Assembly: GCA_032718475.1 (NCBI GenBank)
Contig: JAUCBJ010007101.1
Coordinates: 55,381 to 119,380, forward strand
DNA: 64,000 bases
Direction of reading: 5' to 3'
From: Nemertoderma westbladi
Taxonomy: Eukaryota; Animalia; Xenacoelomorpha
This document shows, piece by piece, positions 25,189 through 37,765 of the stretch. A program made the position numbers and the translations under genes. The notes under the pieces were generated by a model. It did not search any database. It was given only the letters and a program-made list of their open reading frames with translations, and had not been told where the DNA came from. How positions within the stretch are numbered: the first letter of the stretch is position 1; every line of letters begins with the position of its first letter.

Positions 25189-28100
25189 TTACGTTATGGA
25201 GTCCCTAGATATTTGTCGGATTAGGGAAGTGGTCGTAGGAAGAGTATCTTGCCTTCCATAGTTTCCGGACAGTTTTTGGTCTCTTTCCAGTAAACATAAA
25301 CGACCAGCTGGGTGATTGGGTTGTCGTGTTACTTTCTCCGCTCCCTTGGCCTGTCTACTCTCCGCCGTGGTAAGATGAGGAGGCCATTCATCTTCTTCTT
25401 TACTTAGGGAGTCGGGTCCACCTAACCAGCCGGGAGTATCTATCCGTTCTTGAGGAGTCGCTCCTCTGGAAGCGGTGTCGGCTAGATTAATCATCTCGGG
25501 GCGATGTCTCCATTGATCTTCATTGGAGTTAATATCGTCATTATCTGAGGAGTATGGTGTTCCCTCAGTTGGATCGTCCACATCACTGCTCTCCACTTCC
25601 CCCTTTACTTGGTATACCTGTTGTTGAGGTAATCTCTCTTTGAGAGTTCTACGGGAAGGGCCAGTGAAGTACCAACCTACTCTAGTTCTTACCGCATAAG
25701 TTTGTAATGGCTGCGGTTGAGCAGGCCGTTTCTCCAATGTCTCGAGCGCCTCATGCGCGTTTTGGCCGATGAGGATTTGCACTCCAGGATAATCGGTTTG
25801 GAATCGAGGTATCTCAAGATGTTGGATGCACTCGTCCTCGTCCCAGTTATAAGGTTCTGCTTGAGTAGTAGCAAAGTTCTTTATGGCCACCATTTTTACT
25901 GACCTTATACCTTGTGTTCCTAACTTATCCTGGGGGGTGGACAACACACCTACATAGTAATCTGCCGTTAGGGTAGATTTCCAAACCTGCATAATTCCTG
26001 ACATATTCAATTTAGTCCGGAACTTGGGTTGTCCAGCAAAGATATCTTCGGCTAGTTCTTGATTGATGAATGTTCCTGTGCTGCCGGAGTCAAGGAGGGC
26101 GTTCACTATGTAGCTTTTGTTAAGACCGTGAACTCTTACTTGAACTACAGGAAATTCTCTGATTCCTACGTTGGAAGCTGGAACTTTCCAAGATGGTTGT
26201 TTGGCGAAAGTAGTTGGGGGAAACTCATCGTTGATGTCCTTTTCGTAAGTAAGTGCTCGATACACTGCGGTATTTATTAGATAACAGGATTCGTTGGCAT
26301 CGGAGAATTCGTCCGTATAGAATCCTTCCCACTCAGAACTTTGGTCAGTGTCGTTCACATCACTGAATTGGACATGTGATTTGGGCTCACTTACCTGACT
26401 CGGGCTGTTTCGTTCGAATTCCGTGTGCAACAAGCTATGATGTTTCGCGCCGCACTTAGCACACCTTGCGTCAGAGTAACAGGTTCGCCGCTGGTGTCCG
26501 CGTCTGAGACAGTTATAACATAACCGCTTATCCCACAGGACTCCACGTCTATCTGCCAGGGATTTCTTTAGGAATTCTGCACACGCACTCAAACGGTGGG
26601 GCCCGTTGCACAGCGCACATTTTGGTTTGATGTTACTCACCTTAACTTGGTTAACGTTCTGCACTCTCGTTCTTTCTTCGGGCTTTCTTCCGCGGATTCT
26701 CTTAGGAGACGTAGGAGGAGTTGTTGTTACCTGTTCTCTCCTGTCACTGGTTCGAGACTTGTATTTACTTACGTCTTTATAGGTCTTGTTGTCATAGTAA
26801 GATTTTGCTGTGTCTTTCCCGCTGTCCTCTTCTTGAGAAGCTTGGCTTTCGCCGTCGTCAGTATAACACACTGGTATTATCCTTCTCCTAGAATCGGGTT
26901 TCTCACTTACCTTATTTTCCGATGTTTTCTCTCTGGCCTGCCTTATGAGTTGTAATTTTACTTCACTATCTAAGAAAGACATGAGATCAGCCATGGTAGG
27001 ACTTCGTCGTTGTTGTTCATTCATGTACAACACTTTCTTGTCCCAGCGTGTACATACTCCACCCTTTGGTAAAGTAGAGACTACGGCTCCAATAACCATG
27101 GAACTCTGATATTCATGCGACTTACCTAACCAGTCCAGTTGTCTACAGATCTCTTGAATTTCATCGGAAAACTCTATAATCCCGCTACTAAGGAAGTGTC
27201 GGGGGGCTACTAATTTTGCATACAAATACTTAGCTATGTTATCCTTGTTACCATACCTGATGTTTAGTGTATCCCAAACTTGTCTTAATCCATCTGGATG
27301 TCCAATAAACTTTAACGCCATTAACTTGGGAGGTCCTTCCAAGCACTTGATGAGGAACCTAAGTTTCTCTCCGTTAGATAGCACAGAGTTCTGTATGCTG
27401 TCTTTGTAATATTCGTTGAAAGGTAACCATTTCATTTCGTCTCCATTGAATTTGACGATCTCTCCCACTTTGACCGCTTGGCGGGCTTCTGTTCTAGCCA
27501 TCTGACGCGTAAAGCTTTCTTGGACCATCGTGTTATTTAATATCGAATTATCGGTATATAAATTTCTCGGATCATTATCAGGTCTATAGGGAATATCATT
27601 AATAACAGGTTTATAATCACCCTTAATAGGGTTTGCTATAGGAGTTTCAACTTCACTAGCAGTATAGATGCGTGTAGGCTCCACACCTTGCGCATGTAGT
27701 ACTTCAGACCTAACAGGTTGACACAATGTTACAGGAGGTATTGGTATGCCTTTTTGTATATTGACTAATTTGTCGCGTTCTAGCGCGATACTTTGCTGCA
27801 CTTCTTGCAACTCTGCTCTACCTTCCCTCACTGTTCCCTTAAGTTGGTGGACAGTCTCCTGCATCTGTCCCAGCAGGAGATTCATCCCCCGCCGTCCCTC
27901 TTCCACCCACTCAACCGCCGAAGCGGGAGTCGCCAACATAGTAGCGGGCTGACGCGGGACGACGGGAGACAAATTATTGATTTCTCTCTCTGCTATCTGG
28001 ACAGGGGTATTTGCATGGACTGTTCCACCGGGTACAGGCAGTGTAGTGCTATGTAAAGGGAATTTAGAGTTAAGCTCTGGAAGTGTAGGGGTCTCTAGCA

Positions 28101-29349
28101 CAGGAGTGACTTTGGGAACTACAGGCCTAATTATTTCAGGTTCATCGACTATAGTAGGGAGTCTTTTGACCTGGATAAATTGTTCTATGGGTTCTGCACT
28201 ACCTAAATCTGTGCTAGTTAGCTGTCTTTTAACAGCTGGGGGCAAATCAGGCAGTTTATGACGGTGAGATGTTTTTCTACGCCTGCTTAGACGAGATCTA
28301 TTTCCTCCGCCTTCAGGATCGGTGGTCTCGCCTTCCTCCGATGATGTGTATCCTTGGCGCTTGGGAGTAGCTTTTCTCATCATCTGCATTTGATTAGCAG
28401 TAAACTGTTTATTTATACTGTCTTGTGTCTCTTGCAGATTTTCCAACTCCAGTTGGGTAGTCTGCTCAGCGGCTCTCCGTTCTGCTTCGGCCACTGCCCT
28501 TTCCGCCTTTGCTTCTGCCGCCGCTGCCTTTCTTTTTGCTTCTGCTTCTGCCGCTGCTGCCTTTCTTTCTGCTTCTACTTCTGCCATAGCTGCCGCCTTT
28601 TGTTCCTCTATCCTTCTTTTCTTTATTTGTTCTTCTCGGACTCTAATGAGGCGGAGTTTTTCATCACATTCAGCTTGGTTTGCAGCTAACATTTCGGCAT
28701 CGATTGCGTCCAACACAAGCTTGGTTCCTTCACTATTAGGGGAAAGTCCAGACAGCCGTCTCCTCAACTCTTCGTCTCCTAGGAATCGCTGATAGTCGGA
28801 CAAATAAATGTCGATAGCGTCTCTAGTTCGCGGCTTCTCTGCTGATGTTAATTCGCTTTCCACTTCGCTTTCCACCTCGCTTTCCACTTCGCTTTCCACC
28901 TCACTTTCCACTTCGCTTTCCACCTCACTTTCCACTTGAGAAGAAGTGGCGTCGATTGATTCCCCACAGGCTGGCCGCCCATCATAAACCGTATCCGCCA
29001 TCTTCGCTCCGCGTTCTGGCGTCCGCTCAACAGTATCCGAACTACTGGAGCTATCGGACCGCTGAGAACCAGGTTCTTGGCTAGGAGGTTGCTGCTGTTT
29101 TATAGCTTCTTCTTGATCCCGCTTGACTTGGGCCCGAGTGCCTATGGCAGACCAACGGCGCTTCACTAACTTCGCAAATTGCGAAATCTTTTCTACCAAC
29201 CTAGGTTCTGTCACAACCACTGCAGGGGTTGCCCTTCTTACAGTATGAGGGGTTTCAGACCTCGGTCTGGGATTCTCTACACTTTGATCTGAGAAACAGG
29301 CTGTTGTTTCTAGGAGACTATCTGACAGAGTTTGCCTTGTGTCAGCCAT
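25189..29349 (-). CDS. gag: Gag-protease polyprotein (1386 aa) ending in short RNase H-tail and integrase C-terminal remnants
   Basis: Pao Gag core; three knuckles CALCNGPHRLSAC, CYNCLRRGHQRRTC, CAKCGAKHHSLLH; ALLDSGSTGTFI protease; no RT or IN core. Confidence 0.95.
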   Translation of the reverse strand: MADTRQTLSDSLLETTACFSDQSVENPRPRSETPHTVRRATPAVVVTEPRLVEKISQFAKLVKRRWSAIGTRAQVKRDQEEAIKQQQPPSQEPGSQRSDSSSSSDTVERTPERGAKMADTVYDGRPACGESIDATSSQVESEVESEVESEVESEVESEVESEVESELTSAEKPRTRDAIDIYLSDYQRFLGDEELRRRLSGLSPNSEGTKLVLDAIDAEMLAANQAECDEKLRLIRVREEQIKKRRIEEQKAAAMAEVEAERKAAAAEAEAKRKAAAAEAKAERAVAEAERRAAEQTTQLELENLQETQDSINKQFTANQMQMMRKATPKRQGYTSSEEGETTDPEGGGNRSRLSRRRKTSHRHKLPDLPPAVKRQLTSTDLGSAEPIEQFIQVKRLPTIVDEPEIIRPVVPKVTPVLETPTLPELNSKFPLHSTTLPVPGGTVHANTPVQIAEREINNLSPVVPRQPATMLATPASAVEWVEEGRRGMNLLLGQMQETVHQLKGTVREGRAELQEVQQSIALERDKLVNIQKGIPIPPVTLCQPVRSEVLHAQGVEPTRIYTASEVETPIANPIKGDYKPVINDIPYRPDNDPRNLYTDNSILNNTMVQESFTRQMARTEARQAVKVGEIVKFNGDEMKWLPFNEYYKDSIQNSVLSNGEKLRFLIKCLEGPPKLMALKFIGHPDGLRQVWDTLNIRYGNKDNIAKYLYAKLVAPRHFLSSGIIEFSDEIQEICRQLDWLGKSHEYQSSMVIGAVVSTLPKGGVCTRWDKKVLYMNEQQRRSPTMADLMSFLDSEVKLQLIRQAREKTSENKVSEKPDSRRRIIPVCYTDDGESQASQEEDSGKDTAKSYYDNKTYKDVSKYKSRTSDRREQVTTTPPTSPKRIRGRKPEERTRVQNVNQVKVSNIKPKCALCNGPHRLSACAEFLKKSLADRRGVLWDKRLCYNCLRRGHQRRTCYSDARCAKCGAKHHSLLHTEFERNSPSQVSEPKSHVQFSDVNDTDQSSEWEGFYTDEFSDANESCYLINTAVYRALTYEKDINDEFPPTTFAKQPSWKVPASNVGIREFPVVQVRVHGLNKSYIVNALLDSGSTGTFINQELAEDIFAGQPKFRTKLNMSGIMQVWKSTLTADYYVGVLSTPQDKLGTQGIRSVKMVAIKNFATTQAEPYNWDEDECIQHLEIPRFQTDYPGVQILIGQNAHEALETLEKRPAQPQPLQTYAVRTRVGWYFTGPSRRTLKERLPQQQVYQVKGEVESSDVDDPTEGTPYSSDNDDINSNEDQWRHRPEMINLADTASRGATPQERIDTPGWLGGPDSLSKEEDEWPPHLTTAESRQAKGAEKVTRQPNHPAGRLCLLERDQKLSGNYGRQDTLPTTTSLIRQISRDSIT
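28852..28935 (-). repeat. 12-bp coding tandem repeat (VESE x7)
   Basis: Seven TTTCCAC-containing units; copy A has two. Confidence 0.9.
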
Positions 29350-31597
29350 GTTTGATTGTACAGTTGAATGCCTACTGCTATATTACAGTTAAAGCAAGTC
29401 TAGTAATTCAGTATCACTGTTAGCCTAGTAATTAATTACCGATACTGCTACTCAGTGTAGCGTGATATATATATAATATATTAGAATACCGGTATGCTTA
29501 TAATATATATATAAGTATTATTACAGACTAGATTTGTCACAGAGTACCGGTATATAATTTTAGCACAAATATATATAAATATATAATAAGCCTATCGTGA
29601 ATACCGGTATACAGCTTACACTGATAGTATATATAAGTATAATTATGGACTAGAATTAATTACAGAGTACCGGTATGATTTCAGCTCAAATTTATAGAAA
29701 TAAATATAATAAGCCTATGGTAAATACTGGTATGTCAATTATTTTAGAATAATTGAATTTCTGAATATTTTAGGGTTACTTGGTTACTTTAACTTACTTT
29801 ATTACCGTTATTTAAGCAGTAGTCCAACTGATATTGAGACCTAGTTGTTGTATGGCAGGCCTACTATTTATAAATCGTTTGAGTTGATTTATAATATTTA
29901 TATACCCGTTTAAAATGGGTTTTTGTCAATATTTGAAATAAATGTTATTATTTCTGGGGGAGTCACTACACAGAAGCTGAACGCCTCTCAGTGAAGTGCT
30001 ATTTATTTGACACTAAAACTGATAATTCTAATTTACCTAAGTTACTTAATACTACAAATTACTTACGATACGGGTGAGATTAATTCTCTAATTAAACACA
30101 ACAAAATATTACGTACGAAATTTTTAGGGTAATTTTACAGGAAGTCTACAAACCAGTCCAACAAAGGGTTAGATTTCTGGTTATTACAAAGGACAGGGTA
30201 CTACGGTATTTAAATAATAAGTAGTAGTAAATATATTGTACTGTCCAGATAGGAAAATACCACCGCCTGACGACCTATAACCGTATCGCTATAGGTACTA
30301 CGTTATGTATCACGGATTGTTCCTACCCAGAAGCTAATAGAGCTAACGAATGTGCCTATCAACCACTTTACAACACAAATATACTGCCTACACTAATTAC
30401 TTCGGAAAGCACTGTACTCTAAACCCTAAATTAGGTACAAGTACCGGTATAACAAATAATCAGTAGTTAAATATACTTGAACAGTTAAAAGAACCACGGC
30501 ATCTGCTGGAGTGACCGAAGCACCAAGTCGTCAGTCTTTACCTACGCCAAGCAGCCCTGATGTAGTACCGGAGTTAGTTTAACTATAACGGTATGTATAA
30601 CAAGCACAATTACTGTAGGAATAAACTTGGGGACATGAATGTTGCGAATAATCGCATAAACTCTGAATAATAAATATTACGCTACCCGTACAGAATACTC
30701 AAACAAAATACAAACCAAACGCTGGCAAACTACTATCAAGCCTAAACAAACTACAGTATGTGCAGATTCTGAAACTGTTAGTTAGTATGCGTGCTAACAC
30801 GGTAGTACGACTTACTCTTTAAGAGGGGATTGTCCTTACAGCATATGGCTGCCCCAACTTACTAACGGCACTTGATCAGACCAACTCTACACACGCAGCA
30901 ATCCCTTCAGACCTAAAAATAGCTAGACAACAATCCAGCCTACAAATATTTGAGTAATAACTATTACGGTACCTGAACAGACCACACAAACAAACACAGG
31001 CTAAAACACTGACAGACTACGATCAAGCCTAAATAAACTACAGTATATGCAGACTCTGAAACTGTTAGTTAGTATGCGTTCTAACACGGTAGTACGACTT
31101 ATTCTTTAAGAGGGGATTGACCTTCAGCATATGGCTGCCCCAACTTACTAACGGCACTTTATCAGACAAACTCTACACACGCCGTAATCTCTCCAAACTC
31201 AACAACAGTCAGACAGCAGCCCAGCCTACAATTATCTGAACAATCTGAGCAGGGTCACACGCCTTCTGCTCAATATTAGCCTACTAGTAAATAAAACTGA
31301 CAGAAATAGACCTAAGTAAAATCCCAATAAAAACCAGGCGTCCCCGATTTAATATCGAGACCTACCGGTATACAATAATCAAAATCGAATAATACTAAAT
31401 GTACTTGTACAGCAGTACCGGTACCGGTGATGACAGTTAGGCCTACTGACCTACAGAAGCACCGGTTCAGTTTTACCAGTCACTACGGTATTTTGCAACC
31501 TTATTGCCTACTGCAATAAGATTATAAACTGTTACTGTTCGACAGAACAGTATTAAACTGTATTTAATGCTTACACTGCAATACAAGTAACTGTTAC

Positions 31598-32831
31598 TGT
31601 TCGCGCTTTTGAAGACCTTTAGCAGTTTAACCTGCCAAAATTTATATGTCTTTTAGTTAATTAACACACCTTTAGCATACGACAATATTTTATGCTAATA
31701 AACAAAACATTAGCCGAAGCCAGCCCATGCGCGATCATTCACCCGATGGATCTACACCCGGGAGGCTGAATTCGGATGCTTAGATTTTATTATTGCAGTG
31801 TAAGGTTGCAGTGTAAACCTATTGTATTATTCGATAGATCACTAATAATTAATTTCTGACAGATATTATTAACTTTCGGGAAATATTAACAGTTCCTTTG
31901 GGACGTGGCGCTCTATCTATTTAAACAGAGCTAGGACTTATACTAAACGCAACGATAAGGCTTATGATTAAAGTATAAGTCGCATTCTTTAGGAAATGCT
32001 TTGTTACCAGTCACATCACACTCACAATCATGCACACTATTCTGCCGACCGTCAGTATATTTGATCACACATAAAGAGAGCAGCAATTGACTCACGTAGG
32101 GTCTGCTAAATAACATTGGATTCAATACACACCACATTAATATAAATCGCAATTGTTATGGATAGCCGGTCTCTCTAACCTGTAGTGTATCAAGAAAATT
32201 GGGAATTTGGGTGATTTATCCGTATTATCCAAAGAGCAATATTTCCATCAACAAATAGGTACAATTAATAACTGACGGTAAATAGCAGTACAAACAATAT
32301 GATTAGTGCAATTAAATTAAGTGAGGTAACACTGCCGCCGTTAACAGTTATACTTTCTATAATCTAAGCAGTTTACTAGAGTTCTTCCCAAAAAGCCGGT
32401 GTTTCTGGCTTAGACAGCAATAACAACAAAGTATCAAGTAAAAACAGTAAGACTGAACACTCTCCTTATGATCGACTAAAAGCTACACGTCGACAGGAAA
32501 AATCGCTCTGATTGGCTCAAGCCAAACAAAGAACCGTACATCCAATGGCTGTTTCCATGTCAGCATCCAGCTGTTAGATGTCGTAATATGAATCATCACG
32601 GCTAAGCTGTGAAAGGTAATTAATGCATTACAGGTTTTTTGCCTTACCATGTCCGCCAAAACACGTATATAGCAGAATTACTTTTATGTCCGTTAAAACA
32701 CCTGTAAAGGTACCTTGCGGGCGAGGGGAATATATATACAGTCAGAGAACCTTTTTTAGAGTATTCCAGCGCCTGGGGGAAACTGGATTGCGAAGCAAAG
32801 GGGCCAGTTATATCCCACAGAAGCTTTTACA
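31598..32831 (-). repeat. 5' LTR of copy C
   Basis: 1234 bp, matches 20961-22194. Confidence 0.96.
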
Positions 32832-34754
32832 AGTGTGTTTACAGTAGCGAGTCGCAATTGTGAAAGTTACCCTACATCTGTATCAGGTGCCTCTGGTGTA
32901 TTCGAGCCCTTGGGACGGACAGTGGAGTGACTCGCGCTGGTTATTGTTGTCATTGTGTGGCTACCACGTTGGCGAGGGGCACAGCGACAGCAGTACATCA
33001 GCACTGAGGATCTCAGGGCTGTCCGGGGGCAAAGGAGGGGTGAAGGCAGCACTGCCCGCTAGCCTTATTAGCTATAATATCGATAAACTCATACAGCAGC
33101 TATGACTGAGTTGATAGAAGATGATCTTGGTATCAGGGAGCGATATACCCTACCATTGCAAACGTTTGTTGATAGTTTGATAAGCGGCGACGCGAGTCAA
33201 CACACGACGGAAGACGATGGCTGTTATATCAAACCGCCAATGTCAAAGGAAAAGCTGAAGCGTGAATTGGACTATAGAAAATTCACCACTCGCTATATGC
33301 ATCGTAATGGTACGTATATGGACTTCTTAACTACTGGTCATCCTATCGATTTACACGATACGGACGAGGTAGACACCAAAAGGGAAATGGTCCTATTTAA
33401 ATATCATACCCAGCGGAGTCGGAACGATAAACTGAGAATCGAACATGAAAATTCAATTCGAAACCGACTCGAAAGAGAAGACATTGAAGAGCCGGATAAA
33501 CGCAGTGAATTCAACGAATATTTGGAATTCTTGAGAGAAACATATCTCAATGTAGCCAGTCAACAAAATCTAGAAACTCGAAATCCTCAAGGTATACATC
33601 ATAACCCTATGATAGAACTCAAACGACTCTATTTCACTATGATGTATCTTACCGCCGATCGACCGCTACCTGTTGTACCGGATAGCTTCGAACAGATGGA
33701 GGAATATTGTAAAACCGGAGAAAGATCACCCGCGTTTCCCCTACAAGACGTGCGTCTTTGGTATTATTGCAATGAATGCCCTAGACCCAACCAACAAACG
33801 GAAAGACATAAACATCCACGGAGACGTTGCTCTAAACACAGTTTTACTCGCTGTACTTACGGGAGTTTCGAGCGAAACTTGTTCGATGTATCATCTACGC
33901 TCGCTCGACTCAAATGATGCTTACATAAAGCGATGATCAGAGTTCCGGAATACTCGGTCAGACCTCCTCATTCCCTGGTGAGACCTCCAACTCTTGATCC
34001 TAATAGTATAACGGATTCTCCTGAACTGTACTCACTGTTCAAAGATCTAGTGTTACCCGAACAATTAATCGGTGGCACTCCGGTAGTGGGCTCTCTAGAT
34101 ATTCGCCCATCCTACCTAGCCGGATTGGGACGCGGACATTTAATATCGCCGTTCAACCCGTATAATCGTCCCGGTTTAAACCCGATACAACCCGTCACCG
34201 AGGTGGAGGAGAGCGTTGTACGAAACGCGTTAGACGCTATTCGGCAAAAGATCGGAAAAGGAACTTACGATTGTTTAGATAAACGTAAATTGCAGCAGCA
34301 AGTCCAAGCGGTAAAAGAATTAGCTTTACCTCAGTTCGATCGGGAAATCCAGAATCTCGAGGAAGACATCGAACTTGGACGAACCTATTCTCTGCAAGAG
34401 TTTTTGGACGAACGCTTCCAACGACAAGCGGAGGAAAATCAGCTCGAGGAGAAGCATATCGAAATGGACGAGAGAGAAGAAGGAGCTTTAGCCCAGCCAG
34501 AAGCTGAAATCCGTATGACTGATCTCTATTCAAAAACCATCATTCATCCATCGATGGTTCCCCATTTCGGAGACAAACTCTTCGCCACGGTACAACCCCA
34601 ACCAGTTGATATCAACCTAAGATCTAGAGATCTTATCGCTGATGCTCCTATGTTACAACGTCCACCAATCGAGGCTGCTCGTGTCGACGGTATACTCGTT
34701 GAACCTCCGGTCAATCGAGCGGATCTTGTCCGTCGTATGGTACATGAGGTCAAC

Positions 34755-36290
34755 TACTACTACTAGGATCGGCATGCTGCATTGCAGCTGCATTTTTAAG
34801 AATGCTGTGCCGGCTTGTCAACAAAATTGCACCGCCACAACTCCCTATCACCCATGACATTTGCTAGATCATCCGCATCTTTAAGGCCAGTGTCCTTTAA
34901 GATGCGTCTCAAGAAAGTCATGGGCTGTCCACCATGCTTATTCACTCCATGAGGCTGCCAAAGTACAAGATTATGCACTGGCTGGTCCTCACGGCGAAAG
35001 CAATGTCCTGCAAAGCGGAGGCGATTTTGTTCTAGTGTCAAGCTTGGGGGAACCAATGAGACACCTCCAATGTTATATAGTGTCTGGTTGGAGATGTGTG
35101 CATTGTACTTGACACAATGTACCCGGCGTAGCATTCTTGTGAATGTGCCATCCAGAGATTTGGTGTCCTCAGCAGTTAGAGCCCAGCATGGACTCCCGTA
35201 GAGGAGTACTGGAACTACTGCTGCTCTAAATAATCGGACCTTAAGTTTCCGATTAATTCTAGGTGACTTCCAAATCCTGGAAAGCCTATTCAAGGCTGCC
35301 CATGCCTTTCCCTTACGTATTCGAAGGTCCTCACCTGACTTCCGGATCCATGATCCCAGGTAACAGAAGTCGTCCACATGCTCAAGCATACCATCCTTTG
35401 AGCTTATGCTCATCCGATCAGAGACTTGCTGAGGACTTTCAAAGTTAACTGTCAGAATTTTGGTCTTTCTGGAGTTAATAAAAAGACCAACACTAGAAGC
35501 AGCATGTTCTAATGAGCTGAGGAGCCGCTGGGCTCCCTCTAATGATTCTGAGAGTACTCCTAAGTCATCAGCAAAGTCTAGATCAGTTAGGTACTTGGCA
35601 GGATTTCCTCGACTTCTGGAGCCAGTAGGTGGAGTTATCATCACCCCATCATCATTATGATGATCTAAGGACATGCGTAGAACATAGTCAACCACAATAA
35701 TGAACAAGAATGGTGCAAGTGTGTCTCCTTGGAGGACGCCCCATAACACTTCAAATGGTTCTGTGTCACCGTCAACAGTAGACACAAATGTTGTCGAACC
35801 ATCGTATACTGATCTGATTGCTGCAATAATTTCATCAGGAATCCCATATAATGAAAGTATGCTGAACATACGTGAGCGAGAGACTGAATCAAAGGCCTTG
35901 AAGAAGTCAACAAAGATAACAGCCAGATGCCTGTCTTTCTTTTTTGATAACTCTTCAATTATCCTTCTAAGTGCCAAAATGGGCTCCATGGTCCCACGAC
36001 CTTTACGGAACCCATTCTGATTTCCACGTAGCAGTCTCTCAATGGGATCCCTGATGCGATTTAATAGAATTCTATTGTATAGTTTTGCAGCAATCGAGAT
36101 CAATGAGATTCCCCGAAAAGAACCATAGAGTGTTAGGTTGCCCTTCTTGGGAACTGGCACCAACTTATTTGTTTTCATTTCTTGTGGGACTCTTGTTGTA
36201 CGGTACATGTCTACTATGATGGGATAGATGAGCTTTAAACACTCAGGTATTTTAAAGACCTCAGGGGGAACACCATCTACTCCACTACTC
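34755..36290 (-). mobile_element. 5'-truncated RTE-like non-LTR retrotransposon inserted in B's accessory ORF
   Basis: 12-bp TSD CATGAGGTCAAC (34743-34754, 36291-36302); (TAG)n tail; RT ORF. Confidence 0.95.
34796..36290 (-). CDS. RTE-like reverse transcriptase (N-truncated, no endonuclease)
   Basis: FRGISLIS, QNGFRKGRG, FVDFFKAFDSV, GVLQGDTLAPFLF, DFADD, FCYLGS, LLYGSPCW, RLRFAGH. Confidence 0.92.
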
Positions 36291-37765
36291 CATGAGGTCA
36301 ACCTACACGCTAGACCTTTACCAAACTCATTTTATGGGATCAAAGACCATCCCTATTATGTCAATTTAACTCAATATTATATGGTGAAACCAGAAGATCC
36401 TACATACAGTTTAAAGTTTCTACCATTGATAAATCCCGCGGTGACTTGTTCATAAACTCGCAACTTGAACTACAAGAAGTTCATAGACGACCCTATGAAT
36501 ATAGAGCCCGAGAACGCGAGTTGGAAAGAACCATCAAACCTAGGAAATTTCTCACTACTCACGGTCCGCCTACCGCTCTCGTGCAAACGACCCGTCAGGG
36601 ACCAGTAAGAGCTGCTGTCCTGAAACGCGCTCTAAAGGTTGTTCGACCTCGTTCCACTGAGGTTGATATCGATCAACCAGGTACCTCAACCGGCGGATAC
36701 ACCGACCGCAACCTGAAACCTTCCGATGCAATTGTATTGCACCCCTCACCCAGGAGATATAGCCCTCCTAGTAAAGTGGCTCGCCTCAAGGAGAAAAGGA
36801 CTCTTGCTAGCCTTAAAAAACTTTGTAAACGCCGTTCACGTAAGAAGGACTAATAGTTTAGAGTATTTTTATATTTTAGAAACTGTGATTTTTTATATTT
36901 TATAGACTTAAATCCCATTTTCTGGGAGTGGTGTAAAAGCTTTTGCGGACATAACAAGTTATTTTTCCCGCAATGCGCAGTGTAGGTGCTTTTGCGGACA
37001 TAACAAGTCATTTTTGCCGCAATGCGCAGAATACTCTAAAATAGCCCTAAATGTATTCAACTCCGTGACGGGAAGGAATCAGAGCCCCGATGACGAAATC
37101 TATCAGCTGATTCTCTGTGGACGTGAAACTTTTCTTTGTTCTGCTCAGCCAATCAGAGCGATTTCACTTTATGTCTTACAGAGGCCTATGGAAACCCGCG
37201 CAATGCATTACGGTCTTTGTTTACCTTTCTGAGCCTCAGAACCGGCTTGGAATCTTCTGTACTTCTGTTTTGAAAGTTTCAGACTTTGGCCTAAACATTA
37301 GATGGCTTCGATTATAAGAACGTAAATTTATTATCTCGATGCATTACTCTCGTAACATTACGGTCTTTCATTACGTAACACATACTGACTGCTCACCGCA
37401 TTATTTTACTTCTGTTTACGGTCTGTTGTTAATTGTTGTTATATTGATGTATATTGCTGATATATTTGGAGAATACCGATAAATAATCATAAAACCCCCA
37501 ATCTTCTTGATTACTGAAGGTAAGAGGAACAGCTTACCGGTAGCAATTGCGACTTAAATAATAGTGGTTTTTGTGTGAATTAAATGCTATTTCATAATCC
37601 CTACTTGTGTCAGTTGCAATCCTCCTTATATATGATCAAATTCAGTGATGGTCGGCAGATTAGTGCGCAGTAGTGTGAAGTAGTGTGAAGTCGTGTGAAG
37701 TAGTGTGAAAGATAATAAAGCATCTCCTAAAGAATGCGCTATTTACGAAACTCTGTGGCCATCTA

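Larger units (their letters stand above)
20961..32831 (-). mobile_element. BEL/Pao copy C, young non-autonomous element (11,871 bp) nested in B
   Basis: Two 1234-bp LTRs, nearly identical by eye; 5-bp TSD AGTGT (20956-20960, 32832-32836); PPT-like tract; intact Gag-PR ORF. Confidence 0.97.
33102..36853 (+). pseudogene. Accessory ORF of copy B (~730 codons reconstructed), split by one TGA, an RTE insertion and one frameshift
   Basis: 33102-33917 and 33933-34754 are in the same frame; reading resumes after the RTE TSD (VHEVN-LHARPLP...); ends KKLCKRRSRKKD; unknown product. Confidence 0.8.

Noticed and set aside
33102-36853. env gene
   Set aside because: No signal peptide or transmembrane segment; basic NLS-like C-terminus
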